DNA of 64,000 bases from an uncultured Actinomycetes bacterium (GTDB lineage Bacteria > Actinomycetota > Acidimicrobiia > IMCC26256 > DASPTH01), in assembly GCA_963782705.1 (NCBI GenBank), contig CAWAKX010000014.1, positions 10,201 to 74,200 of the forward strand, written 5' to 3'. Positions within the stretch are counted from its first letter, which is position 1; the number at the start of each line of letters is the position of its first letter. The translations under genes were made by a program, and so were the position numbers. This document shows, piece by piece, positions 52,158-61,683 of the stretch. Under the pieces are notes generated by a model. That model was not told the DNA's origin. It saw nothing but the letters and a program-made list of their open reading frames with translations, and did no database searches.

Positions 52158-53429
52158 TCAGGCGCTCGGGACGAGGTACGGCGGGTTCGCGTCGTAGCGG
52201 GCCCGCCATTCGGCGCGCGACACCTCGGCGGTGTCGACGTCGGGCGACTGCGCCCGCAGCGCGCCCACCGTGGCCTGCTCCTTCGGGATCACCGCGAACG
52301 GGTCGTAGTCGCAGAAGCGGGCGACGTTGCGCCAGGTGATCTTGTCGATGTCGTCGTCGGAGAGGCCCGCGCCGTCGCACTCGGCGAGCAGGAACTCGGG
52401 CGCGTTGGGCCACACCGAGTCGCTGTGGGGGTAGTCGACCTCGTAGGCGATCATGTCGATCCCGATCTGGTGCGCGAGCCGCAGCGAGGTCGGGTCGGAG
52501 ATGAAGCAGGCCAGGGTCTGCTCCCGCAGGAGCTGGCTCGGCAACTTGCCGCCGAAGTCCTGACGGGTCCAGCGCTGGTTCTCGTAGTGACGGTCGATGC
52601 GGTCCATGAGGAACGGCAGCCAGCCGATGCCGCCCTCGGAGAACGCGAACTTGAGCTGCGGGAACTTCCGCAACGCGGGGCCCCAGATGAGGTCCTGGGT
52701 GCAGAGCACCGACACCTGGGTGGCCAGCACCATGTAGTTGTCGATGTGGAAGTCGGGCCCCATGTCGATCGCGTCGAGGCCCTGGCCGATGTGGAGGCAC
52801 ACGACGACGCCCTCGTCGCTGCACACCTGCCACAACGGGAACCAGTACTCGCTCTGGTACGTGGGCAGACCGATGAGGTGCGGCATCTCGGGCATGCTGA
52901 TCGCCCGGGCGCCCTTGGCCACGATGCGCTTCACCTCGGCGACGGTCTCGTCCATGTTCCACCCCGGCGCGATGCCGAGCGGGATGAAGCGGCCGGGGTG
53001 CGACCCGCACCACTCGTCGATGTGCCAGTCGTTGTAGGCCCGCAGCATCACCAGCGCGAGGTCCTTGTCGGCGGCGTCGTAGAAGCGCCCGCCGGAGAAG
53101 CCGGGCATGCTCGGGAAGCACATCGAGGCGAAGGTGCCGTTGCGGTCCATGTCGCGGACCCGCTCGTCGATGCGGTACGCGGCGGGGCGCATCTCCGCGA
53201 TGGAGCTGGCGTCCATGCCCCAGTCTTCCTTGGGCCACCCGACGGTCGCGTTGAGCCCGACGGTCGCGACGTCCTTGCCCTCGAAGATCCAGTGGTCCTT
53301 GCCGGCCTCGTCGCGCACCAGGCGCGGCGCGCGCTCGAGGTACTCGGCCGAGAGGTGACCCTGGAAGATGTCGGGCGGCTCGACCGTGTGGTCGTCGATG
53401 CTGAGGATGATCATGTCGTCGACGTTCAC
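52158..53429 (-). CDS. PF04909-type amidohydrolase
   Basis: The protein contains MNVDDMIILSIDDHTVEPPD, VCLHIGQG and YEVDYPHSDSVWPN. The reading frame is intact. Confidence 0.85.
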   Translation of the reverse strand: MNVDDMIILSIDDHTVEPPDIFQGHLSAEYLERAPRLVRDEAGKDHWIFEGKDVATVGLNATVGWPKEDWGMDASSIAEMRPAAYRIDERVRDMDRNGTFASMCFPSMPGFSGGRFYDAADKDLALVMLRAYNDWHIDEWCGSHPGRFIPLGIAPGWNMDETVAEVKRIVAKGARAISMPEMPHLIGLPTYQSEYWFPLWQVCSDEGVVVCLHIGQGLDAIDMGPDFHIDNYMVLATQVSVLCTQDLIWGPALRKFPQLKFAFSEGGIGWLPFLMDRIDRHYENQRWTRQDFGGKLPSQLLREQTLACFISDPTSLRLAHQIGIDMIAYEVDYPHSDSVWPNAPEFLLAECDGAGLSDDDIDKITWRNVARFCDYDPFAVIPKEQATVGALRAQSPDVDTAEVSRAEWRARYDANPPYLVPSA

Positions 53430-53511
53430 GTCGCCCTCCTGAGGAGCTCGGTTCGCGTGTTCGGTTGTCCCCGGAGCGGCGCCGGTCGCGCGGCGGGTCT
53501 CACGCGAGCGG

Positions 53512-55173
53512 TCAGCTCGCGCGCACGACCTGTCCGGGCAGGGCCCCGACGAGCTTGCCGTCGTCGATGATCGGCACGCCGTTGACGATCACGAACGGGA
53601 TCCCCTGCGCCTGCTTGGTCATGCGCTGGCCACCGCCGGGGATGTCGTCGAGCGTCTCGAGCGCGAGCGGTCCCACGGTGTCGGGGTCGAAGATCACCAG
53701 GTCGGCGGCCTTGCCCACCTCGACCGTGCCGCGGTCGGAGAGGCCGCAGAAGTCGGCGACCTCGCTGGTCAACGCGGCGACCGCCGCCTCGAGGGTGAAG
53801 GAGCCCTTCTCCCGCACCCAGTGCTGGAGGAAGTAGCTCGGGTAGTCGCCGCCGGCGAACGTCTGCAGGTGGGCGCCACCGTCGGAGATGCCGACGAGGG
53901 TCGCCGGGCTCTTGAGGATCCGCTCGAGGCGGGACTCGTCGACGTTGACCGGGCCCGACAGCAGGAAGTAGGTGCCGAGCTCGTCGCTGATCGCGGTGTC
54001 GAACATGACGTCGGACGGGTGACAGCCCCGCTCGGCGGCGATGTCGTTGAGGAGGCGACCCTCGAGGTGCTTGTTCTCCGGGTTGGTGGTCTTCTCGACG
54101 GTGGCGTTGTCGAGGAACTTGGCCGACTTCCAGAACTCGGCCAGGCGGGCCCGCCACTCGGGGTCGGCGAGCGCCGCGAGCTTGTCCTCGGGGTCGAGCC
54201 GGGAGAGGTCGACCCAGTCCTCGGAGCCGGCGAACGCGGCGGAGAGCTTCTTGAGCGTGAAGCGCGACTCGGCGCGCTGGCAGCGGGCCACCGCGTAGAT
54301 GCGGTGACCCTTGCCGAGCTCCTCCTCCATGAACGCGAGCGCGCTGTCGCCGTTGGGCGTGCCCAGCCCGAAGTCGTTCCACGACACGACCGTCTCCGAC
54401 GTCTCGGCGATCTCGACGAGGAACGCGCGGTCCTCGTCGTTCAGGCCGTCGCGCTTGGTGGCGGGGTTGATCGACACGAGCTGGCGGCCCTTGCGCTTGA
54501 CCGCGTCGGCCAGCGCGAGGATCTCGGCGTGGGTCGAGAAGTACGTGGGGATGTGCTCGCCCTGCTCACCGCGCTGGTGCGGAGCGTGGCTGCTGCTCAC
54601 GCCCGCGGCGCCGGCGTCCATCGCCTCCTCGACGACGCGGACCATCTCCGCGATCTCCTCGGGGGTCGCCTCCCGGTGCAGCGCGTCCTCGCCCATCACG
54701 AAGCGGCGCACCGCGCTGTGGCCCACCTGGATCACGGCGTTGATGCCGAGGGTGCCCTCGATCGTGTCGAGGTACTCGGGGAAGGTTTCCCAGGGCAGCG
54801 GCGCGAAGGCCTCGAGCGCGCCCTTCGGGATCTCCTCGGTGGCCGCGAACAGGCCGATCAGGTACTCCTGGTCCTGCGGGCGCACCGGCGCGAGGGTGTA
54901 GCCGCAGTTCCCCATGAGGACGGTGGTGACGCCGTGCACGGCCGCGGGGTTGGCCCACGGGTCCCAGAGCAGCTGGCCGTCGTAGTGCGTGTGGGCGTCG
55001 ATGAAGCCCGGGGCGAGCACCCGGCCCTCGGCGTCGATGGTGCGCTCGGCCGCGCCGCTCACCGCACCGATCTCGGCGATCTTGCCGTCCTGGACGGCGA
55101 CGTCGCCGACGTAGGCCGCCCGGCCCGTACCGTCGACGATCCGGGCGTTTGTGACCACCAGGTCCCAGGCCAT
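53512..55173 (-). CDS. N-acyl-D-amino-acid deacylase (D-aminoacylase)-family amidohydrolase
   Basis: The protein contains MAWDLVVTNARIVDGTGRAAYVGDVAVQDGKIAEIG, GFIDAHTHYDGQ, ISDGGAH and ADLVIFDP. The reading frame is intact. Confidence 0.85.
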   Translation of the reverse strand: MAWDLVVTNARIVDGTGRAAYVGDVAVQDGKIAEIGAVSGAAERTIDAEGRVLAPGFIDAHTHYDGQLLWDPWANPAAVHGVTTVLMGNCGYTLAPVRPQDQEYLIGLFAATEEIPKGALEAFAPLPWETFPEYLDTIEGTLGINAVIQVGHSAVRRFVMGEDALHREATPEEIAEMVRVVEEAMDAGAAGVSSSHAPHQRGEQGEHIPTYFSTHAEILALADAVKRKGRQLVSINPATKRDGLNDEDRAFLVEIAETSETVVSWNDFGLGTPNGDSALAFMEEELGKGHRIYAVARCQRAESRFTLKKLSAAFAGSEDWVDLSRLDPEDKLAALADPEWRARLAEFWKSAKFLDNATVEKTTNPENKHLEGRLLNDIAAERGCHPSDVMFDTAISDELGTYFLLSGPVNVDESRLERILKSPATLVGISDGGAHLQTFAGGDYPSYFLQHWVREKGSFTLEAAVAALTSEVADFCGLSDRGTVEVGKAADLVIFDPDTVGPLALETLDDIPGGGQRMTKQAQGIPFVIVNGVPIIDDGKLVGALPGQVVRAS

Positions 55174-55266
55174 GCGCGCAACCTCCGCTGCAACGATTCC
55201 GCTTCGGATCTAGAAGGTACCTGAGCGCGGGGCCGGACGGCACCCCGGAGCGGGGGCCGGGCTGCG

Positions 55267-56634
55267 TCAGCCGTTGGACACCGCCAGCGCGCCGGCCAGG
55301 GTCCGCACGTCGGCGAGGTCGGCGAGGCCGGCGCAGAGGTCGATGATGCGCTGGCGCTGCTCCTCGCCGGCGATGGTGCCCGCGGTCTCGTGGAACTTGC
55401 CGAGGATCTCGTCCTGGGTGAGGGGGTCGAGCGGGGTGCCGTGGGTGGTGGTCACCGTGTCCTCGAGCTCCTCGCCGTTGGTGAGCTTCAGGACGACCCG
55501 GCTCTCGAGCCCGCCGCCGGTGGGGATGCGCTTCACCCGCTGCATCAGGGACTGCGCCACCGGGTTCTGGACCTTCTCGTCGGTGTACTCGTGGATCCCG
55601 CCCTTGCCGTAGAGGGCGATGGTCACGACGTCGAACTCGAGGCTGTACTTCGCCTCGAGGCCGGACTGGGGCGACGTGTAGGGCACGTTCGACTCGAGGA
55701 AGGCGGGGAACTCCACCTCGATCGCCTCGATCTCCTCCGGCGCGACGGGCCGGCGGCGCACGATGTTCTGGATCGCGTCCATGCTCCAGTGCGCGGCCGC
55801 GCACGACGCGTGCAGCCGCAGCGTGGCGCCGTGGGTCGCGAGGTTGAAGGTCCCCAGGCCGTCGAGGATCTTCTCGGGATCACCGTTCTCGAGGCCGAGC
55901 ATCCGGGCCACGCCGAACTCGCCGTCGAAGATGTCGGGGTTGGCGGTGAAGCCCATGGCGGCCAGCTCGGCGGCCATCACGCCGTGCATCGCCGCGTTGC
56001 CGGCGGTGAAGCCCTTGGTGTCGCTGCCGCGGTTCTTCATGACCCCGCCCATGGCCGAGGCCGCGTGGCCCAGCGCCATGCGGGTCTGGTCGACGTCGAG
56101 GCCGAGCAGCTTCGCCGAGAGCGCGGCGACGCCGAGGCACTCCTGGAAGCCCTGGTTGAACCAGCCGCGGTTGATCAGGCCGTTGCCGAGCGGCTCCATG
56201 ACCGGCTTCATCGTCTGGGCGGTGATCTCCCAGCCGACCACCCAGGCGAGCACGAGGTCGCGTCCCGAGACGCCGAGCTTCTCGCCGAGCGCGACGCTCG
56301 ACGCGGTGAGCGGGCTGTTCGGGTGGCTGCTGAACGTCGCGATGTCGTCGTTCTCGAGCGCGTGCGACGTCGCGCCGTTGAGCAGCGTGGCGTACGACGC
56401 CGAGGTCCGCAGGTCGCTGCCGGTCACCGTGCACTCCGGCGTCGCGCCCTGGGCGCGCACCCACTCCGACAGCAGCGTGCCGAGGCGCACCGTCAGTCCC
56501 GCGAACTGGTTCCCGATCGAGTCGAGGACCAGGTTGGGCACCCGGTCGATCGCGGCCTGGGGGAGATCGTCGTACCCGACGTTCACCACCCAGTCGGCGA
56601 CCTGCTCGGTGACGGACGCGTTCGAGCTTGCCAT
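55267..56634 (-). CDS. MmgE/PrpD-family protein (2-methylcitrate dehydratase-like), copy 1
   Basis: This is a 455-aa intact ORF. It contains VADWVVNVGYDDLPQAAIDR, GATSHALENDD and HASCAAAHWSMDA. Confidence 0.8.
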   Translation of the reverse strand: MASSNASVTEQVADWVVNVGYDDLPQAAIDRVPNLVLDSIGNQFAGLTVRLGTLLSEWVRAQGATPECTVTGSDLRTSASYATLLNGATSHALENDDIATFSSHPNSPLTASSVALGEKLGVSGRDLVLAWVVGWEITAQTMKPVMEPLGNGLINRGWFNQGFQECLGVAALSAKLLGLDVDQTRMALGHAASAMGGVMKNRGSDTKGFTAGNAAMHGVMAAELAAMGFTANPDIFDGEFGVARMLGLENGDPEKILDGLGTFNLATHGATLRLHASCAAAHWSMDAIQNIVRRRPVAPEEIEAIEVEFPAFLESNVPYTSPQSGLEAKYSLEFDVVTIALYGKGGIHEYTDEKVQNPVAQSLMQRVKRIPTGGGLESRVVLKLTNGEELEDTVTTTHGTPLDPLTQDEILGKFHETAGTIAGEEQRQRIIDLCAGLADLADVRTLAGALAVSNG

Positions 56635-56688
56635 CGGAGTCTCCTCTTCGGTGCGTGCGCCAGCGGCGAGCGACGCCGGGCGTCAGGC

Positions 56689-57192
56689 TCAGAGCTCGGC
56701 GAGGAATCCTTCGGCCCGGAGGACCTTCTCCACGCCGCCGCCGATGATGATCTCGGCGAGGGGCTTGGGGACGGGGTTGCCCTGGATCGTCGTGCCCTTG
56801 GTGACGTTGGTGACGACGCCACTGATCCAGTCGACCTCGATCACGTCGCCCTCGTCGACCGCGTCGCCGATGCCGGGGCAGGGGAGCGAGGGGAGTCCGG
56901 AGTTCACGCAGTTGCGCAGGCCCAGGCCGTTGAACGACTCGGCGACGACCCCGGAGATGCCGAGGCCCTTCCAGACCGCGCCGATGTCGCGGGCGGAGCC
57001 CACGCCGAGGTTGTGCCCGCCGACGAGCACGTCGCCGGGCTGGACCTCGTCGACCCAGCCGGGCCGGTTGGCGCTGAAGCAGTACTGCAGCTGCTCCTCG
57101 ATCGGCATGAGGACCGCGAAGTTGGGGATCACGAGGTCGGTGTTGATGTCGTCACCGAACTTCCAGACCTTCCCGCTGAACGTGTTCGACAT
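56689..57192 (-). CDS. Aconitase-family dehydratase small subunit (LeuD-like swivel domain)
   Basis: The protein contains GKVWKFGDDINTDLVIP and NLGVGSARD. The reading frame is intact. Confidence 0.8.
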   Translation of the reverse strand: MSNTFSGKVWKFGDDINTDLVIPNFAVLMPIEEQLQYCFSANRPGWVDEVQPGDVLVGGHNLGVGSARDIGAVWKGLGISGVVAESFNGLGLRNCVNSGLPSLPCPGIGDAVDEGDVIEVDWISGVVTNVTKGTTIQGNPVPKPLAEIIIGGGVEKVLRAEGFLAEL

Positions 57193-57255
57193 GGGTGGGT
57201 GCTTCCTTCTCGTCTGGGGTCTTCGTCTGCTGGCCGCGTGGTGACCGGGTGGCGG

Positions 57256-58491
57256 TCAGAACTCGCGGGGGTCGGAGATCACGCCGGCGATGGCCGAGGC
57301 GGCCACCGTGGCGGGCGAGCCCATGTAGACGCTCGCGCTGGGGCTGCCCATCCGGCCCTGGAAGTTGCGGGTCGACGCGGTGATGCAGACCTCGCCGTCG
57401 CCGAGGAGGCCGAGGTGACCGCCGAAACAGGCGCCGCACGTGGAGTTGGTGACCACCGCGCCGGCTTCCATGATGGTCGACACGTACCCGAGCTTGATGG
57501 CCTCCTGGAGGATCGCCTGGCTGCCCGGCGTCACGATCATGCGCACGCCGTCGGCGATCTTCTTGCCGTTCAGCACGTCGGCCGCGACCTTGAAGTCGCT
57601 CAGCCGGCCGTTGGCGCAGGAGCCGATGAAGGCCTGGTCGACCTTGATCTTCTCGGCGGCGACGTCGGTGACGGGCTTGACGTTCTTGGCCACCTTGTTC
57701 GGGAGCACGACCTGCGGCACGAGGTTGTCGAGGTCGATGTGGAGCTCCATCTCGTACTCGGCGTCCTCGTCGGGGAACGCCGGCTCGAACTCGCGCTTGG
57801 CGCGCCCTTCGAGGTAGTTGGCGAGCACGTCGTCGTAGGGGAACATCGAGAACTCGGCCGAGAGCTCGGCGGAGATGGTGGCCATGGTGAGGCGACCGTC
57901 CATGTCGATGTTGGCGAGGCCGTCGCCGTGCCACTCGAGGTTCCGGTTGGCGAAGTCGCCGTACTTGCCCGGCAGGTAGTGGATGATGTCGCGCGGGTAC
58001 ACGCGGTCGTTGAGCGTGCCGTCGAGCACGATCTTGGTGGTCTGGCCGACGAGGTACCAGGTGGTCCCCTTGCAGAGGATGTAGGTCATCTCGTTGGAAC
58101 CCATGCCGCGGGCGAGGCAGTTCATCGCGCCCGACGAGCACGTGTGGGAGTCGGGATTGGCGAGGATCGTGCCGGGCAGCGCGATGCCCTCCTGGGCGAC
58201 GAGCACGTGGCTGATGCCGTGCTGGCCGACGGGGAAGTAGTTCTTGATGCCGAACTTCTCCACGAAGTCGCGCATCTTGATGGCGTGGTTGGCCGCCTGC
58301 ACGGTGGGGGCCGGCACCTGGTGGTCGAACAGTGCGACGACCATGTCGGGGTCGTGGATGCGCAGGACGTCGGCGCGCATCGAGTCGAAGTGGACGGTCG
58401 TGTCGACGTCCACGACGACCACGTCGCCGGGCTTGACGACGTCGACTTCGGAGTGGTTGGCGAGGATCTTCTCGATCGTGTTCATTCCCAT
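57256..58491 (-). CDS. Aconitase-family dehydratase large subunit (LeuC-like)
   Basis: The protein contains MNTIEKILANH, NPDSHTCSSGA, FIGSCANGR, NSTCGACFG (three Fe-S Cys ligands) and STRNFQGRMG. The reading frame is intact. Confidence 0.85.
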   Translation of the reverse strand: MGMNTIEKILANHSEVDVVKPGDVVVVDVDTTVHFDSMRADVLRIHDPDMVVALFDHQVPAPTVQAANHAIKMRDFVEKFGIKNYFPVGQHGISHVLVAQEGIALPGTILANPDSHTCSSGAMNCLARGMGSNEMTYILCKGTTWYLVGQTTKIVLDGTLNDRVYPRDIIHYLPGKYGDFANRNLEWHGDGLANIDMDGRLTMATISAELSAEFSMFPYDDVLANYLEGRAKREFEPAFPDEDAEYEMELHIDLDNLVPQVVLPNKVAKNVKPVTDVAAEKIKVDQAFIGSCANGRLSDFKVAADVLNGKKIADGVRMIVTPGSQAILQEAIKLGYVSTIMEAGAVVTNSTCGACFGGHLGLLGDGEVCITASTRNFQGRMGSPSASVYMGSPATVAASAIAGVISDPREF

Positions 58492-58557
58492 AGGAGGAGT
58501 CTGCCTCGTCTCGTGTGAGTTCGGTAGTTGAGGAACGAGCGGGGAGGGCGAGCTCGT

Positions 58558-59973
58558 TCAGCGGGGGCTGAACAGCGGGGTGATCTCGGCGACGTCGTCG
58601 AGGGTCTCCACGCTGCGGGCGCTGCGGTACAGCAGGTCGGCCTGCTCCTGGCCGAGCACCCGCACCGCCATGTCCATGAACTTGGCCTTGAAGTCCTCTT
58701 CGCTGAGCGGGTTCGACGGGTTGCCCCGCGGGTAGAGCACCTCTTCGGTGAACTCGCGGCCGTCCTTCAGCCGCACCGTCACGCGGCCGGGCTTGGAGAA
58801 CTTCACCTTCTGGTACAGCTCGGAGTCCTGGTAGACGACCGTCTTCGGGATGAGGCCCTGCACCCGGGGGTCGGCCACCGTCTCGTCGGTGAACTGGTCG
58901 ACGCCGATCGTGCGGTGCACCGCGGCCACCGAGAGGGCGAAGGGCAGGCTCGCCTGCGCGCTCACCACCGTCGACACCTTGTGCTTGGCGAGGAACGGTT
59001 CGACCCGCTGCCAGGCCGCCTCGATCTCGACGATGTCCTCGTGGTGGATGTCGTTGCCCTGCACGATCTTGAGCAGCGCCTCCACCGGCGCGTGCAGCGT
59101 GAGGTTCATCGGGTAGGGCTTCACCCAGCGGGTGGAGATGGCGTAGGAGTCGCCGAGGCCGCCGAGCAGCTCGTCGAGCTTGCAGCGCCCGCCCCAGAAG
59201 GTGGCGGCGAACCCCTGCACGCCCTCGATGCCCATCGCGGTGGCCTTGAAGTACCGCTCGCCCATGAGCGCGGCGGTGACGGCCCGCTCGCCGGCCATGC
59301 CGCCGTTGAGCGACCGCTGCCAGGAGCCTTCCTCGTGGCCCTGGAAGCTGCCGCCCGCGAAGGCGCAGCCGAGACCGATCGCGTAGGTGGTCTGCAGGGC
59401 GTCGAGGCCGAGCACCCGCGAGCACGCGGCGGCGGAGGCGGGCGTGCCCATCACCGCGGGGACGTAGAAGCCGCTCGAGGTGTGGGTGCCGGCGTTGACC
59501 TCGGCTTCGGTGGGCATCATCGCCCCGGCGAGGCGGTCGATGATCTCGTAGGCGATCACGATGCCGAGGACGAGGTCGCGACCCGGCTTGTGGCGCGTCT
59601 CGCTCATCACCAGCGGGCCGGTGACCGCGAACGGGTAGGGCCGGCCGCCGCGTCCGAAGTCGGCGTACTCGAAGCCGAGGGCCATGGTGCCGTTGGCGAA
59701 CGCGGCGCGCGCCGCGGTGGCCTTGGCGCCGGTGGCGATGATGGTGGCCTCCGGGCGGCACCCGCCGTCGAGCTCGGCGAACGCCGCGATGGCCTGGCCC
59801 CACTCCTTGGTGGCGCCCACGAACAGGCTCTCGCCGAGGTAGTCGGCGAAGGCGCGGGTGGCCTCCTCGACCACGGGCGCGGGGAGGTCCTCGTACCGGA
59901 GCTGCGTGACCCATTCGGCCAGCTCCCTGGTGACCAGCCGTCCGCCGGTCACGGTGTCGTCGCGCGTGTCCAC
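58558..59973 (-). CDS. MmgE/PrpD-family protein, copy 2
   Basis: The GTG (complement of 59971-59973) follows a GGAGGGG ribosome-binding site. The protein contains LAEWVTQLRYEDLPAPVVEEATRAF and the tail of the 1257-aa ORF, ending at 58558. The reading frame is intact. Confidence 0.8.
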   Translation of the reverse strand: MDTRDDTVTGGRLVTRELAEWVTQLRYEDLPAPVVEEATRAFADYLGESLFVGATKEWGQAIAAFAELDGGCRPEATIIATGAKATAARAAFANGTMALGFEYADFGRGGRPYPFAVTGPLVMSETRHKPGRDLVLGIVIAYEIIDRLAGAMMPTEAEVNAGTHTSSGFYVPAVMGTPASAAACSRVLGLDALQTTYAIGLGCAFAGGSFQGHEEGSWQRSLNGGMAGERAVTAALMGERYFKATAMGIEGVQGFAATFWGGRCKLDELLGGLGDSYAISTRWVKPYPMNLTLHAPVEALLKIVQGNDIHHEDIVEIEAAWQRVEPFLAKHKVSTVVSAQASLPFALSVAAVHRTIGVDQFTDETVADPRVQGLIPKTVVYQDSELYQKVKFSKPGRVTVRLKDGREFTEEVLYPRGNPSNPLSEEDFKAKFMDMAVRVLGQEQADLLYRSARSVETLDDVAEITPLFSPR

Positions 59974-59985
59974 CGATTCCCCTCC

Positions 59986-60015
59986 ATCGTGTCCGAGACC
60001 ATCGTGTCCGAGACC
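59986..60015. repeat. Perfect 15-bp tandem duplication (ATCGTGTCCGAGACC x2) in the ligase-prpD2 spacer
   Basis: I read this directly from the sequence: 59986-60000 is identical to 60001-60015. Confidence 0.95.
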
Positions 60016-60041
60016 GTGCGGGCGCGGGCCCAGGCCGGGAG

Positions 60042-61683
60042 TCAGGCGTCGGCCTCCCCCGGCGCGGCCAGCGCCGCGGCGGCACCGTAGTCGACCTTGC
60101 CGTTGGCGGCCCGGGGTACCGCGTCCACGAAGTACACGCGGCGCGGCACCTTGTATCCCGCGAGGGCCGTCGCGCACCGTGCCGGTGATGTCGGAGCTCG
60201 TGGCGGCGCTGCCCGCGCGGCACACCACCAACGCAGTCACGGCCTGACCGAAGCGCTCGTCGGGCACCCCGAGCACCAGGCAGTCCTCGACGTCGGGATG
60301 TTCCTTGATCGCCTCTTCCACCTCGGCGGGGTACACCTTCTCCCCGCCGGTGTTGATGGTGCTCACGCCCCGGCCGATCAGGGTGACGGAGCCGTCGTGC
60401 TCGATCCGGCCGAGGTCGCCGGGCATCGCGTACTGCACGCCGTCGATGAGGAAGTAGGTCTCCGCCGACTTCGCGGGGTCGCGGAAGTAGCCGGTCGCCG
60501 CCGCGGGCCCGGCCAACGTCCCCACCTCGCCCGGTGGGAGCTCGGTACCGTCGGGTCCGAGCACCTTGAGGCCGGGCGCGGGATCGAAGTTCGCGGTCGC
60601 GGCGGCGTCGCCGTAGCGCACCTGCCGGATGCCGTAGCTCACGCCCTCACTCGCGCCGCACGCGTCGAACAGCATCGCGTCGTGCATGAAGTCGAGCAGG
60701 CGTTCCTTGAGGTGCGCGCTCCAGGCCACGCCGGCCGAGCAGATCGAGCGCACCGAAGACACGTCGTAGTTCCCGCCTCCGGGTCGGCCCTCGTCGAGGG
60801 CGCGGACCATCGGGAGTGCGAACGCGTCGCCGACGATCGCGAGCACCTGCGCGCCCGTGGCCTCGACCGTTGCGAAGAGCTCGTGGGCGTCGAACGAGCG
60901 GCTCTCCAGCGTGGTGACGTTGCCGCCCGCGGTGAGCGCCGGCAGCGTCGCGAAGATGAAGGCGGTGCTGTGCATCAGCGGCGATGCCGGGACCGCCGCC
61001 ATCGGTCGCCCCGACTCCCACTGCCGCACCGCGAACTCGACCGGCGTGACGTCGGGCTCGAGTGGCCGGTCGAGGAAGAGGTCGCGGAACCAGATGCAGT
61101 TGCGGATGCTGCCTTCGACGTGCATGAGCACGCCCTTGGGGAGGCCCGTCGTGCCACCCGTGTAGGAGAGGAAGGAATCGTCTCCCGAGCGCTCGATGCG
61201 CGCCGCGGGTTCGGCGGACGCGAGGAGGTCCTCGTAGGCGACCACGCCTCGGCTCGGTTCGTCGCCGGGCGGCGTGCCGACCTCGACGAGGAGGCGCAGC
61301 CCGGTCGCCTGGTGAGCGGCCGACGCGACGCGGTCGCGCAACGCGGCGTCGAAGACGAGCGCCTTCGCCTCCGAATTCTCGAGCAGCATCAGGAGCTCGT
61401 CGCTGCCGTAGCGGTAGTTGACGTTCGAGGGCACCGCCCGGATCTTCAGGCCGCCGAAGAACACCTCGTAGTACTCGGGGCAGTTGTAGAGGTACGCCGC
61501 GATGGTGTCGCCCCGGCCGATGCCGTGGGCCTGCAACGCGCCGGCGAGGCGCGCCGCGCGCTGCTCGAAGTCGTGCCAGGTGATGAGCCGGGAACCGTGC
61601 CCGAGCGCGGGGGCATCAGGGATGCGATCCGCGATCTCCTCCCAGATGGTTGCGTAGTGGCGGCTCGGCCCGGAGTCGCTCAC
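60042..61683 (-). pseudogene. AMP-dependent acyl-CoA ligase, one frame change near the 3' end
   Basis: The GTG (complement of 61681-61683) overlaps the tetR stop (GTGA). The first segment is SRHYATIWEEIADRIPDAPAL...LSYTGGTTGLPKGVLMH...INTGGEKVYPAEVEE. After a junction near 60170 comes LAGYKVPRRVYFVDAVPRAANGKVDY...EADA, with the stop at 60042-60044. Confidence 0.8.

Noticed and set aside
55390-58518. A 1042-aa plus-strand ORF opposite the PrpD and LeuCD genes. Similar long antisense ORFs occur at 8943-11342, 11358-12746, 53821-55224 and 60097-61740.
   Set aside because: Their composition (Arg, Gly, Asp, Val, Ala, His runs, no recognisable motifs) is typical of stop-poor antisense frames in very GC-rich DNA. 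The opposite strand encodes clear enzyme families in each case.
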